The notes: a model not told the origin generated them from the sequence alone. Shown: positions 13,291-32,693, counted from the stretch's first letter. The stretch: DNA of 64,000 nt from the human T2T-CHM13v2.0 reference genome, Homo sapiens (GCF_009914755.1 NC_060932.1); one strand, 5' to 3'. Made by a program: numbers and translations.

Positions 13291-16200
13291 CCCACCACCA
13301 TTTCTTTGTGAATATTTTGAAGCAGCCATTGAACATGGAAGTTTGATCTTAGTCATCTTTAAACCTTAAATTATGAGTTAAATCATATTGTAGATTTTTG
13401 GTTACTTTTTGTAAAAGACATGATAAGTCAACACAATGAAACACACTCACTCATACTCCATATCTTCTTTATTAATTAAAAATAATCTCTATGACTGAAG
13501 AATTTCAAAGCCTGGAAAGCTAGGATGAGAAGGAAACAAAATGTTTCTAGAAAGAATTAGACTTCACATAATTAGCGTCTGACAGTTTTCATGTTGTTTA
13601 AAATCCACGGCAAATCTTTGTCCTAATATGTCTCTGAAATTCAAGGAACATAGTCACGTGTGATTTTGCCTGCATTTCAGGTCCTTCCATAATCTATGCA
13701 GAAAATTAGACCCATTGTTCCCCATTAGCTTTCCTCTCTAGACCAGGCACAATAAGAAAATGGTGCCTGTGTGCCACTCCCACTGTTCCTCCAGTAGGCA
13801 ATTACTAGTTCTCTTATATTTAACCGTAGATTGTAAAGAAAAATAATTACTTATGCAGAATCTCTTAGAAAAATGAAATAAAAAACACAAACATCAATTT
13901 ATAATTATATGTTATAATTAAAAAGCTTGACACCTATTGTTATCCCCAGAATTTGAACCTTAATAACAGGTCTTGGTCATTGTTCATCATAATAACGTAT
14001 CCCGTGGTCTCCATCAGTGGAATTACTGAGCTCTGCTGGAGAGATAACATGTTCCCTGAAAACAGGAATAACTTGACAAAAGGAACATTGTCTGGGCAGC
14101 AAAGGGACATGAAAACAAGTATAGTATTTTTAGTTTTAAAATGTCAATGTCAGAGAAATTTGTGTGTTTAATATTGTGGTTTGTAAAAATAAGTAGGATA
14201 TTTTGTAAAGAAAAAATTCAGATAAATATACTTAAAACTTAGTAAACCTTTATGAAGGCATAAAATGATGTTGGTTGTTCAGAGATGGTTTCCAGAAAAA
14301 TACAAAGCACAGAATTTAACCCTTTTCCTAGTTTCTTTCTTCTGTAGCAGCATCTGGTCAGCAGCAAAGGGGCAGAATTTCTTCTAAGAAAAGAATTTCT
14401 GGCTGTTTGAACTTACTGATGCTAAAATCCAGCTTTTGGGAGGAGAAACCTCTAAGTGCTTGAGGGGGACGCGAAGATGGAAGCCACCCATCTGTGGTGG
14501 CAAACTGAGGCCTGCAAACACAGGGTCCTGCCAGCTACTTAGCACTTCCATCCCTTGGATCCACCCAGCCCTTCACTCTCCCTCTGTAGCAGTCAACACT
14601 TTTAAACTGACTCCCTAGAGAAGTTTAATGAGCCTCTTGGAATTAAAAAAAAAAAAAAAAAAAGCAAAACAAGAGTAATAGAAATGGACAAGCTGACAAA
14701 GGAATAGAGAGGTTCATTTTCAGCTTGGTGCTTGGGGGGTTTTCATCAGGATACCGCAATGGATATTGCACAGAGAAGTGGAAGGAGAAAGAAAGAAATT
14801 AGAAACAGCCTCCTATGATGAACTTGTATAATTTATTCCTCTGCAGAGCAGCAGGCAGAGTGTTTCATTTCCCCCCCTCCCCTCTTCTTTTTCCCTCCAC
14901 CTAATTTCAGTGCATTCCCAGGCTAGGCAAGAATGAAAATTAAGCATACCCAACACACAAGTCGTAATGAAAGTGTGGAATGCAATCAGATTATTCATAA
15001 GCTTACAAGTTGTGTATTTTGGTGGAGATTTCCTCCCTTCTGCTCCTGATTGCTGATGAAGAATGGTATTTTAATAGGCAGATGGTAAAGACAATTACAG
15101 TTAGGGGCTCAGCTGGGAGTTACATCAGTTTATTGCAAATTATTAGTTGATAAATGCTTTTGTTTACAAGCAGAGTCTTAAGCAGCTTTGTAATCAGTTT
15201 ATCAGCTGCAAGCGAAATTTTGACAGCTCGCCTTTGGGGTGTATGTCACCTCTTGGCTGGTCATTTAAAATCATGTTGGTCAGGGAGCCAGACAGTCAGA
15301 TGGCTACCTCAGTGCCCCACCGCAAGTTTCCGCAAAGCACTCAGGGCACAAACCCCAGAATGCTGATGAGACTTCATGCACAGGCCTTTTCCTGTTGAAA
15401 TCCCATAAAAACAGCTTTTCTGTTTGACTAAACCCAAGGTAGGATACCTGAGCCCCATGGCCTCCAACACATTAATTCAGGTTTTCCAGAAAGCTCTGAG
15501 TGCTTTTATATTCACGGGACAAAACTTTCTGAGCTTATGCTTCAGTAGAAATCCGGGCCTGATGACAATGACTCTGTTTACTTTCCCGAAAGAGGCATCA
15601 TGAGCTTCTTAAAAAAGAAAGGAAATTATCTTAATAGGAGACATTTTCTTACAAGGAAAAAAAAAAAAAGTACTGTGGAAAGAATACAAGCCACGAAGCA
15701 AAACTCTAGCGGGGATCTGTTACAAGCTTGGGCCAGAGAATGCCCTCTTTGAGAAGAGGGGAGTTTAGGGAATGCACCGGTTTAACCAGTCTGGCTTTGC
15801 TTTCCTTTTCTGTGAAATGGAATGATAGTACTTCCTGTTTGCCACAGCTAATTATATAGATTAATGAGGCTGTTCATGTTTCTTTGTTTCTAAGTTCCGA
15901 TCAGACCTATATATTATCTGTTGAATTTACATTAAGTAATAAAGGATATAATATTTGAAATGACACATAAATCACAGATTCTACTTTAAGCTCATTTTCA
16001 ACATATTTGCTAAAAGAGGATACTGTAATTTAGTAGTTTTACAATATAGCATGGCCAACATTTACTAGTTTTTTACATTGGTGTAAGGACATGGTTTATA
16101 ACCTGATGTGTTCAAAGATATGTATACTTGAAGAGTTCTCTTCATTATTCATAGGCTATAAACAATTCTTATTTATCTACTTTTACTTTCCATTCTAACC

Positions 16201-18053
16201 AAGTAACTTTTGTGAGCCTAGTCAAGACAAAAATAGTCACATAAGTAATCATATACCGTAGCTCCTAAACTAGTTATTTTTGTTTGTAGCTACTGACTAT
16301 TTATATGCTTTTATTTCCTGGTATTCAAGGAAAACTTACTAAGTGAATAGGGAACTAACTACTGAAGTTGGAAGCCAGGTTTCATACCCAGAAATAGATA
16401 TTCCATATCCTATAAAATATTGACATAATACAGAAAGTTCTTTGGAAATATGACTTCAGCTGATACATTTTAAATTATATATAACATATGTGTAAAAGCA
16501 GAATCTTCTCTTAGTCCAGAAGTATGGCTGAGCATCTCTATCCATTTATCTCCCTGCTTCCTCTTTCTGATTCTGTCTTGGTTACTCAATTAAAGTCTTG
16601 AAATCATCAGAATAGAAACTGACCACATGGGTTAGTCAAGTTTGTAATTTTAAAGTTGGGTTGACATAAGCTTATGGAAAAGCATTTGGGAGAAAACCAG
16701 AGTGCAGTTTTTATCGAACTCCAGCATTCAGCACAAGTATTTAGGTCCCAATTTTCCAGTTCTTAAGCAATTAAATGTTCTATTGACATCAGAGGAAAGG
16801 CTGCTTACAGAAGAGCTGAAGAACAAAAGCCTTGATATCTTAAATTGTAAAATGTGTTTTAACATAAAGAGCATAAAAAGTTTGCGTTTTCATTTTCTAT
16901 AATCAAGTTAATGAAGGATAAATAGTGTATTTGGCAAATAGTTTCTACCATTTGTCCATTCCTCTTGATTGGAAAAGGCAAAGAATAATTTTTTAAAAAA
17001 ATCTGTCCTCTCCTTTGGTCCAAATGCAAAAGGCACACTCCAGAGTTGCTGGTCAGGTCTGACTTTCTCCCTTCTCCCAAGAAGTTCTAGGATGTTCTAT
17101 AAAAAGCTGTCAGGAGTGCCAGCATGGGAAAGTTGAATGCCCCCAAATGCCCTGCATTGCCTATATAGTACAAATGAAAAAAGTTAAAGATCATTTAAAA
17201 ACAGGAAAGACCTTTTGCAAAATGCTTTGATTTATTGCTGTGTATTGTGCAGATCTTTATCAATTATTTTACTCTATTTTATTCAAAAACTATTGTAAAC
17301 TATGAGTTGGCATGTTGCTGCATACGAAAAAAAGGCATTAATCAACTCTAAATAAACAAGTGGATAGATCTATCTAACAACTATGAAGTAGTTAATACAT
17401 TTATAAGCAATTTTATTATAGAAAGGAAGGCTAAAAGAGTAGTGCTTAATTATCTGGACTTCTCTGTGCTGGGCTCCCTTTTGATTGTATTAATGAAGCA
17501 GCTGGCCCATTGTTTCCCTTTAATTCCTCTATTGTTTTAAGAATATGTCACAGCTCTTTATTCTTTTATCAGGTGCTGTGCAGGAGGATCCACACAATAC
17601 CTCATATTCCTACTGTATTTGCCAAGGCACAAAGAAACCTCCAAAGCGGTTTTCAAAGAAGGGGCACCCATAATTTATAAGTTCTATTCCTTCCACTACT
17701 CCACTGTCAAGAATTTCAACAGTATTGGATTTGAATTCATTATAAAATTTGTATTAAGCAATGTGGTTACGTATAGATATATGTCCTGTGTTCATGCCTA
17801 GACCCTGAGATCTAGGCATTACCACATGCGATGTTGAAATGGGACAGTTATTTAGCTTTTAAGGAATTTTTCTGACCAATCACTTCTCAGTTATGAAAAA
17901 AACAGATTTCAGAGGGAGGTATCATGTGAGATTTTTTCTAATTATTTATTTAGTAAAAATGAAAGAAGTTAATGACCAAACAAGTAAGTATTCCGCTTTT
18001 CTCCACCTCCAGAAACATGATACTCTGTGTATGTCTGCATGTGTCTGAGTGCA

Positions 18054-18086
18054 TGCGTGTGTGTGTGTGTGTGTGCGTGTGTGTGT
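18054..18086. repeat. (TG)n
   Basis: Read directly. Confidence 0.9.
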
Positions 18087-20162
18087 TTGTTTGCTAAATG
18101 GCCTATTCCCCCAGAGAATGGCTTTAATTTTACTTGAATGTGCCTACAAGAGATCATGATTTACTTCACAGGCCAATGTGTAATCGTCATTAACTAAGTG
18201 CTTGTCATCAGTTGACCATCTTTTTCCATGGTATGTGGAGGAGATAGACTTTTTAGATCAATGCAGAAATATCAGTCTACATCTTAAGGAAGCAAAATGC
18301 TGTAGCAATTTAGTATATGGTATAGCATATTTTATGCAAGAGCTATTTAAAAATGCTGGTTCCGTTATGCATAATTACTTTTTCTCCAAATTTTTATGAA
18401 AACCACAAAAATTACCCATGGTAAAATAATCTTGAGAGCCTGATTCACAGAAACTGTCATCTTTTTTTTTTTTTTTTTACGCATACGTCTTTTTTCTTTG
18501 TTTTTTCCCTATTAAATATCTGAATTTTGGAAGATGTTTTATTGATTTTCTTCCCCCAGAATTTCTAGTCTAAAAAAAGAGAAATGAGACTTAATGGCGA
18601 TGCTATGCAGTAAAAGTCATTAACTAACTTTTAAATGTCTTTAGAAAAGGCATTAGAATAACTTGTTATTTTAAACCATCTATTTCCTTTTGTATTGTTA
18701 GTGAGGATGTATGCGGTTTGTTTGCTTGTTTGTTTTTAGCTTAAAGTTTCACACTGATATTCCTATCTATTGCCTAAGGCTCCTTATCCTACTTTATATT
18801 GAGGCAGAGTAATACAAAATCTAAATGTGATTTAATTGGTTCAATTTGCTATATATTTTTATGCTAAGCTTAGGTCCATATCTTGATGAGCCCCCGTAGC
18901 TGTGCTAGAGGTTTACAGCTTCACATTCCTTGCATTTCCTTATTTTTAGAAAGCAAGCGTCTATCAATCACACAGATAAATTAGAAAGAAACATGTATAG
19001 ACATAACACATGGAAAATATTTTTCAGCGTGCTATGTAATTATTAACCTGATTTTTACCATTGTAAGAAGCCATGAATTGCAGATAGCATGGATGAAGTT
19101 AAAAGCTTTTATTCTGGATACATTTTGCTTATACAGAACTCTATAGGTATGGTCGAACAATATAATTGAAGCTTTGTCAGCTCTGTAACCTAGCAACAGA
19201 TAATACTGTTAGGTTACTGAATTGCTCCTGGTTGACAAGTAGGGAGTATTTTTGTGTTTATCATGTTTGCTAATGATGGGATCCTTTCCAAAAGGCTTGT
19301 CTTAATCTTAATTAGAGTTTATCAGCAGAGGTCTGCATGACATTGTGCAGAGACTGATTTCATAAATAATAAAAAGTGCAAGTGAAAAATTTGGCAGGAT
19401 GGGAAGATATTTAAGGCCACTGCTTCTAGTAACAGGCGCATGAATTTCCAAAATATAATCGAGTTTGAACTGTGACTTTATTCTTTATTATCAAAACTTG
19501 TAGTACACGTCACTGCGGTTTTGACAGCAATTATAAGAAAAATTTATAAGCTTCCTGTTAGAAACCGTATCTGGTTGCACAAGAACCTTGATCATAAACA
19601 TTACTTAGAACAGCAAATATATGCTTTTTCAAGAATGTCAAGGTCTTAGTAGTTATTCCTTTTCACAGAACCTTGAATAAGTATTTGTCCTTTATTTGTG
19701 AAGGGAGTGGTATTGTGAGTATGAAGACTGAGGAGAGTGACTATGTTTGCAGCATAAGAGACAGACAAAGAGAGAATCCTAAAATAACCTTTCCATTTGG
19801 TGGAAGCGAGGAAGGTATCAGATAGCTGCTTCAGTGCCTGATGTCATTTGATAAAGATTTCATGCCCATGCAAGAGGAATGTGATTTTTTGCTCTAGTTT
19901 GCGCAATATGATCTTTCCACAGTTTTGGAAGATGCATTACTATTGATCATTCCTAATAATAAAATAAATCACTTCAAAATAATAAAGAATTAAACATTGT
20001 AAAACTAAATATAATCAACAAATTTACCAAGTTCCTCACTGGCTTATTCAGTTGCAAGATGACGCTCAGTCGTTACATCATTGTTTATCCACTTCCTTCA
20101 CCATTTCACTCATCATTCCTATATTCTTCAAACGCTGCAGGAAAAGGAAACATTCAAAGCTA

Positions 20163-20473
<311 letters not shown>

Positions 20474-20654
20474 TCATTTTCTGAGTTTCAAAATGGACGT
20501 CTTCTCTACTGAATTGTCTGAACACTCCTGTGAAACATTTGATCATCAAGACACTTTTTTGTTCATAGAGCTTAACTCTTTCTACACTATGTAAAATGCA
20601 GATAGTTTACTCCTATGGCAGTTATTCTTAACTAAGGAAGCAAACCAAGCCCTC

Positions 20655-20796
20655 CAGAGAGCTTCTAAAATATACTGAAGCCCAAACTTCAGTCCCAGAG
20701 ACTGATTTGATGGCTCTTGGGTAGGGTCCAAAATCAGTGTGGGTTCCAAGTTCCCCTCCTAACTGTATTGTGCAGTCAAGATCGCCAGTCAGTGCT
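20655..20796. mobile_element. MER5-like remnant
   Basis: cccagagactgattt...tgggtagggtcc...tgtgcagtcaag. Confidence 0.45.
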
Positions 20797-20983
20797 TGAT
20801 GGTTAGGTCGAATCTTGATGCCCTTTTTAATGTCCAGCTAAACTTGCAATTTAAGGAATTGGGAAAGTGCTGCATTTGTATTTTATATTAATAATTGAGC
20901 TTAATGTATGTGAAGTGCTTAGAACAGTGCCTGGCACATAGTAAGTGCTTTCTAAGTGTTAGCTATTTTAATGAGGTTAGTCA

Positions 20984-21303
<320 letters not shown>

Positions 21304-21503
21304 ATAACTTGGAGTCACTTCCACATCACACATAAATTTTATTCTCCATATTGTAGCTATGCATTTAAAAACTCTATCTAATAACTAACTATGTAACCTG
21401 CCTAATGCTGCTTCATAAATTGAACCACCGTATTCTTCCTTCAGAGAGATAATTGTGCCAATTATTCAAACTTAGTAATGAAAGTAGGAGTGTTACAGAG
21501 TGA

Positions 21504-21517
21504 ACACCAGATGGCGC
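21504..21517 (+). promoter_or_regulatory. CTCF motif
   Basis: ACACCAGATGGCGC, one mismatch to the core consensus; CpG retained. Confidence 0.55.
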
Positions 21518-21604
21518 CATGGCTTGGGACACCTAGTTTTTCACATAAAATCTGCCTTATTCAAATGCCATCTCCCATATTTCCTTCTCCTCCTCCAGTT
21601 CCCC

Positions 21605-21800
21605 TCTAGCTGTGTGACTTTGAACAACTTACACTTCCAGCATCATGATCCCACAGTAAAATGAGAATCAATAAAAGCCACCTCACTGCTTTCTTGGGGG
21701 AAATCAATAAGATAATTCATGCAAAGCTTTTAGCACAGTGCAGGTGTGTAGCACATGGTAACCACTTAATAAATGTGTGATTATTACTATTATTAGCACA
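21605..21800 (+). mobile_element. MIR
   Basis: ctagctgtgtgactttgaacaa...taaaatgagaat...aaagcttttagcacagtg. Confidence 0.65.
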
Positions 21801-22121
21801 TGATGATGGAAGCATAAAAAGATGCTCACAACTGGATGATGATAAATATTTAGTCTAAGGCTGTCATTTGAAGTGATGTGGGTAATGCGATTTTCCAAGC
21901 TCACACAGTAATAACGAAGTCAGGACTAAACTAAACTAAACTTTCTTACTCACCAATAAAGTGCTCTTCATAGTTCATCTTTGCATTGAGGACAAATAAA
22001 TTTTCTGTGATTTCAGGTGCCACCTGTTCTTCACTATTAGTGTGTAATTCCTTAAAATAAGAACATTTACCCTTGAATGGCAGTGTAAACAAAGTAGTAA
22101 CAGTTTTATCAATGAAGCATA

Positions 22122-22315
22122 TAGTTGTCCCTCAGTATCCATTGTGGATTGGTTTCAAGATCTTCCTCAAACACCAAAATCTGAGGATGCTCAAGTACCT
22201 GATATAAAACTTTATGGGTTTTTTACTTGTATTATTCTTCATTATTGTAATTTTGGGTAATATTTATATCTGAGTTTGATTGAATCCAAGGATGCAGAAC
22301 CCAACCATATGGAGC
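22122..22315 (+). mobile_element. MER2 (Tigger-type DNA transposon), internally deleted
   Basis: tagttgtccctcagtatcc...ccaaaatctgaggatgctcaagtacctgatataaaa and ttgaatccaaggatgcagaaccc. Confidence 0.75.
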
Positions 22316-22949
22316 ATATATTTACATTGCCATATGTCCACCCAATACTTTTACAGAATTCCATTTGTTTTCATATTAATATACCATTAATATGGATTAG
22401 TGTATTGAAAATGCACTTCGTTTAAATTTGGGGCATATTAAGCATACTGCTTCTTATGAAAGCCACAGAAAACATGTTTAGATTCCTTAAATTTCACCTC
22501 TATAGAGAGTCAACAGGAACACTCCACTGGCACTGGAAACACAGGCAGAAACTCAGATCAATCAAGTAACCAGGAACTAAATTGTTCAAAAATGTTCAGA
22601 TCTACACAGGTCTCCCGAGTTCATTCAAATGAAAAGACTTAATATGGCCAAATAAAGTGAACTCCTTCTTAGCAGCAACTTCATTTCACTAGGTACTTGA
22701 ATTTCAAATGGGGTTTGTTAAGTAGCTTTGCTAGGAAAGTCGAGAAGGAAGATCTTATCCCTTGTGTTTCTTTATGGTTTTTTTTTTTTTTTTTTTTTTT
22801 TGGTTTTCCTAAAATCATCTCATATGAAGCCACTTTATAAAAGTTATATTCTTATTCTTAGTTATGGCTAAAAATTTCATGCCAATGTTCTAGGTTCACA
22901 GAGGATGTTTTGTAGTGAAAAAAAAAATGTAACCTCATTTTTTCTCAAT

Positions 22950-23610
22950 TTTTAAAATTCTGATAAAATACACATAAGATGTAGTATCTTAACCATTCTC
23001 AAGTGTATAGTTCAGTGGCATTCACATTGTTGTGCAACTATTACCACCATCCATCTCTAGAGCTCTTTATCTTGCCAAACTGAAATTCTATTTATGCTAA
23101 ACCTAAATCCTCATCCCCGTATCCCAGCCCCTGGCAACCACCATTCTACTTTCTGTCTGTATGATTTGGGATACCTTAAGTACTTCATGTAAGTGGAATC
23201 ATACACTGTTTGTCTTTTTGTGACACTCATTTCACTCAGTACAATGTCCTCAAGCTTCATCCATGTTGTAGCATATGTCAGAGTTTCTTTTCAAGGCGGA
23301 ATAATATTCAGTTGTATGTGTAGATCACATGTTTCTTATCCATTCCTCTATCAATGGATACTTCCATGGGTTGTTTCCATGTTTTAGCTATTGTGAACCA
23401 TGCCACTATGAGCCTGGCTGTTCAAATATCTCTTTGAGATTCTGCTTTCCTTTCTTTTGAATATATATCCAAAAGTAGAATTGCTAAAATCATAGGTAAT
23501 TCTAGTCTTAATTTTTGGATAACTCATCATTTTGTACAATTTTACATACCCTCCAGCAGTGCACAAGGGTTCCAGTTTCTCTACATCCTTAACAACACTT
23601 TTTTTTATAA
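22950..23610 (-). mobile_element. L1MB-type 3' fragment
   Basis: aagtgtatagttcagtggcatt...ccctggcaaccaccattctactttctg. Confidence 0.82.
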
Positions 23611-24109
23611 TGATGCCCTCATTTTAAAGCCAAATGTAATATCCTGTGGTTTGTTTCTATTAAACATAAGGTCAAAGGGTACAAGATACCAACATAGCTA
23701 AATATCAACATGACTTAGCATTTTCATGTGCTTGGATAGCTTCTTAATTTACATAAATACTACTACCCTCCACTCAATTGTAAATTAAAGCGGGCCATAT
23801 TTATCTAAGCTCTGAAGCATTAAAATAGGAAACTGGCTCTCCTGCCCCTTCAGATCCACATAGATTGCTAGAAACTATGTCTGTTTTTAACTGGTCCACA
23901 ATAGTTGGTGATCCATAAACAAATGCAACCTTATTCTTCTTTTCTAAAATGAGTTATCTGCCTCCAGTGAAGTGTAGACAGATTTGTTCATTGAATTCAT
24001 AGGTGTGCCTTTTCTTTCTGGTGAGATTTCTTTCCTCTTGGATTTAGCAGGGCAGTAAGAAATGAGAAATGAGACTAATAACAGCCCCAAGTGGATGAAA
24101 CCAAAACGA

Positions 24110-24360
24110 TAATGGCTAACAATTATATAAACATTTATTATATGTTATTTATTATATGATTATATGTCAGGTGCTGTTCTTAAGCTTTCACATATATTAG
24201 CTCATTTAATCCTCATAATAACATCATGAGTTCAGCACTATCATCTTCTGCATTTTCAGGAATGAGGAAACTGATAGGTAGAATGCTTAGGTGACAAGTT
24301 CTAAGTCACATAATAAGTGACTTGCACCCAGGCAGCCTGGTTCCATTGCCCAAACATCCG
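24110..24360 (-). mobile_element. MIR
   Basis: ctcatttaatcctcataataac...tgaggaaactga. Confidence 0.72.
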
Positions 24361-24859
24361 CCAAGAGTGATCACACTCTGAAAATTTTATTAGCATCAGT
24401 AATTGAAGTTACGTTACAATATTTGGGTTATCACTTCCTATAAATGACTCCCTCAAGTTGTACGTTCTAAGTTCACCATCTAAAAACTCAGCCAAACAAT
24501 TATAAAGAAGTCCAACCCTTGATTTTTGTGGTGCCATTCTTTTGATTTCCCTCTAACATTTAAATATAACCTCTTGGTACATTTTAATGATCTCATCTTC
24601 TCTGCACACTTCCTAAATGTTGAGATACCCCAAGTTTCTTTGGTGATCCTCTTTTCACTCCATACTCTCCCTGGGTTACCACATGAATGCAGAGAGCATC
24701 CATGGTCAATTAGAATGTGCTGATCACTTCCAAAATATTTTTTTTTCTTCAGCCTGTATGTCTTCTCCAAGTTCCATCTTCCTCCTAGATAAATTCACCA
24801 GAAGTCTGTCAGGTACCCCAAACTTTACATTTTCAAAACAGAATTCATTATTTCTGTGC

Positions 24860-24915
24860 ATACACATATACACACATACAACAGACACACAACACACACA
24901 CACGCACACGCACAC
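24860..24915. repeat. Imperfect (CA)n
   Basis: Read directly. Confidence 0.85.
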
Positions 24916-25031
24916 TTGGACTTTGCAGTTGGACAGACAAAAGTGTAAGTCACAGTTCTGCCACTGACCCTGTGTTTGGACTTTGCAGTTGGACAGACAA
25001 AAGTGTAAGTCACAGTTCTGCCACTGACCCT
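24916..25031. repeat. Perfect 56-bp duplication, period 60
   Basis: 24916-24971 is identical to 24976-25031. Confidence 0.97.
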
Positions 25032-25165
25032 AAGTTTCCTTTGGGAAACTTAGTTATCCTCTCTAAGCTTCTGTTTTCTCAAGTCTAAAGTTAGGGAAAT
25101 ATTACCTACCTCACAGAGTAATTGACAGGATTAAAATAGATGAATTACATAAACCACTTAGCTTA
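24916..25165 (+). mobile_element. MIR with a duplicated head
   Basis: tctgccact...ctctctaagcttctgttttctc...tacctacctcacagag...ggattaaa. Confidence 0.65.
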
Positions 25166-25188
25166 TCAGGCCCAAAGAAAGAACTCCT

Positions 25189-25678
<490 letters not shown>

Positions 25679-26633
25679 ACTGGGGTGACTTTTCTATAAT
25701 TCTTAACTTTCACACCTCCTCATTTATAGGGCAATAATGATGTACCTGCCTGGTCCTGCCTACACATGTTTTTGCTGTTTTACCTCTATTTGTTCTTCAT
25801 GAACTAATAAAAACATCACCTTGGATAGCTTGTCTAACTTCTCCAAGAAGTGTCAGTTACTCAGTCCTCTTACATTTTCTTTAGCATGAAGGAATGACAC
25901 TCTTAATGTGATATTGTAATATATTTGCATATATGTGTGTATTCTAATTGTAGAGCTGCATGTGAAGCCATAGCGCCCAGCCTAGCATGCAGCAGAGATT
26001 TCAATGAATAGCCAATTAACGAATGATTTGAAAGATTAAATCCAAAGATAACTGACTTTCTTTTCAAGTCCAACAGTACATTTTCAGTCCAATTTAGCCG
26101 TTTAGAATGATACGCTCTGACTAAACCATCAAATGAGATAAAGTGATAAAGATAATAAATGTGAAACATTATTGGGTACATCTGAAAACAAATATATATT
26201 ACAACTGCTGAGTCATTTAATGATGCACACAAATGATTTTTTGTTCACTTTTATTTGAAGTTAGTATTTTTGAATTTAATTTTACTTATTTACTAAATCT
26301 TTTGGTTCAGAATTTGAGCATAAATACTCTTGAGTCGTCCTATCTTATAGCTTACCACAGTGATAAAGATTATTTTTGGCTGGGCATCTTCTCTAAAACC
26401 TCAATTTCTCTTGGGCACCTGAGTCCAACTCTTTCTTTGCTTTTGTGAAAGGTACACATAGCTGGACTTACCAATAATGTAAAGTTAATGACTGAAGTCT
26501 AGTGACTCTGAAACACCATATGAACTAAACCTGAATTGTGGTTTCTTGTTGTGTCTCCCCTAGCTCTCCGTTACACAGCCTCAATAAACTGTATTTCAGT
26601 GGAAAGATAAGATGCAAATGATTAAATGATTAC

Positions 26634-26788
26634 CTTGTCTACAGTTGCAAGTAGTTTGGATCTGAATGCCCATAAGGGAAGGAAGGCATAGAAGCTAATC
26701 GCAGAAGCCTTCAGGGGGGAGAACAGCAGAAATACCACCACTCACACTTTCATCGCTCCTCTGATTTCGACATGATATGGTTTAGCTT
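26634..26788 (-). ncRNA. Candidate 155-nt antisense exon (possibly ZFPM2-AS1)
   Basis: Minus-strand acceptor TTTACTTCTTTTCAAATAATAG| and donor CAAG|GTAATC. An antisense lncRNA is known to overlap the 3' end of ZFPM2, but the exon assignment is inferred. Confidence 0.35.
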
Positions 26789-28199
26789 CTATTATTTGAA
26801 AAGAAGTAAATCAAAGCAAAATGAATCTGTTTTATTCAACTGTGGTAAACTTGTATGCTTTCAGATACATTCGTGAAAAGTAGTTGTTTTACTTTTCTAG
26901 CATTTTAGTGTATTTGTTTGTTACTTTGAAACTTTCACACAAATTTGGGGTCTGTAGTCTTAACTTTATTTTTTAACAATCATATACTCTCACAGATGGT
27001 GTTTTGTTTCCTTACCTTTAAAACTTAATCAGCTGGCTTAATTAATTGCCCAACGTTTCTCTAAAACAATGTTCTGATTCTTCTGTGCAACTCTGCCATA
27101 TCATATACTGTTGTTATCTTTTCCACCAGATTTTTACCACAAGTTGTTTAAAAACCATGAGCTCTAAGGGTGGAAAAAATGAAGTGCAGTTGAAAAGACA
27201 GTTATGTTGAAAGATAAACAGAGCAATATGACTTATCAAAGTGGGTACAAGTTTTGGCTGCTTAATGAGTGCAATACACAGCCTTCCAATCTATACACAA
27301 TGAAAAAAAAAAGAGCTTTATAACATATCAAGTATGCTGCATTATTTCAGGCATAACTGTATAGGATACATATCTAGGCCTGAGAGTGTAGATAACAAAA
27401 TATAAGTGCTTTGCCTGTCTAAACATGTTAAATAAACGAGCATTCGCTATCACATTCCAATACATTAGATGTACTTGCATAGTTAATTTTTCTTTTTAAT
27501 GCACAACATGTGATCGTTGACATGCAGTGCCAGAGTATATCTCAGTGTTTGAAGAGACATTTCTTTTCATCTAAACAAATCTTTATTTAAATGAGCCTTT
27601 TTGAAAAGGATTTTTGGCATATCTTCATTTCAGGAAGTTCAATCAGGGTAAATGGAGATGAAGAAGCTACATTATACGGAATATTATATAAGTAAAGATT
27701 ATTCAGCCAGAAAATGGTAGCAGACATAGCAGAGTACAACTACCTGAATTTCATTTTAATTTTCTAGATTTTAGGAGTTTTTGTTTACTTGTTCTGTAGT
27801 TTGGGCATTGGTATTGATAGGATGGAAGTATTTCATGGGGGGAAAAGAAGGAGAGAGATAAATAACTTTTTACTTTCATAAAATATAGAAAGAATAACTC
27901 CAAATGCTCATATGAAATAAATTTCAGCAGTTGGGTCTCTACTATGCTGGTTTTTAGGTACTGTCTCAATCTACTGGTAAGGTTACTGATTCAGGCAAGC
28001 CCCAGAAAGCAAACAATTGACAAAAATCTCTACAAATTATGTTTATACTGTACTTGATTCTTAGTCTCCTCCTACTTCTGGTCACTAAATCGTTCATTTA
28101 ATGCAAGGAGTACAATTTTCCACACAGGAAGCAAGAGGAACACAGCTGTTGCCTTGATCAAACACTCCACTCCAGTAGAAACCAGTGTGAAAAACATGA

Positions 28200-28634
<435 letters not shown>

Positions 28635-28869
28635 TAATTTGAGAAAATGATGTTACTTTTTTTTTTTATACTTTAAGTTTTAGGATACATGTGCACAATG
28701 TGCAGGTTAGTTACATATGTATACATGTGACATGCTGGTGCGCGGCACCCACTAACTCGTCATCTAGCATTGGGTATATCTCCCAATGCTATCCTTCCCC
28801 GCTCCCCCCACCCCACAACAGTCCCCAGAGTGTGATGTTCCCCTTCCTGTGTCCATGTGTTCTCATTGT

Positions 28870-32693
<3,824 letters not shown>

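Noticed and set aside
24916-25031. CRISPR-like or array interpretation of the direct repeats
   Set aside because: Only two copies, no spacers, and eukaryotic context.
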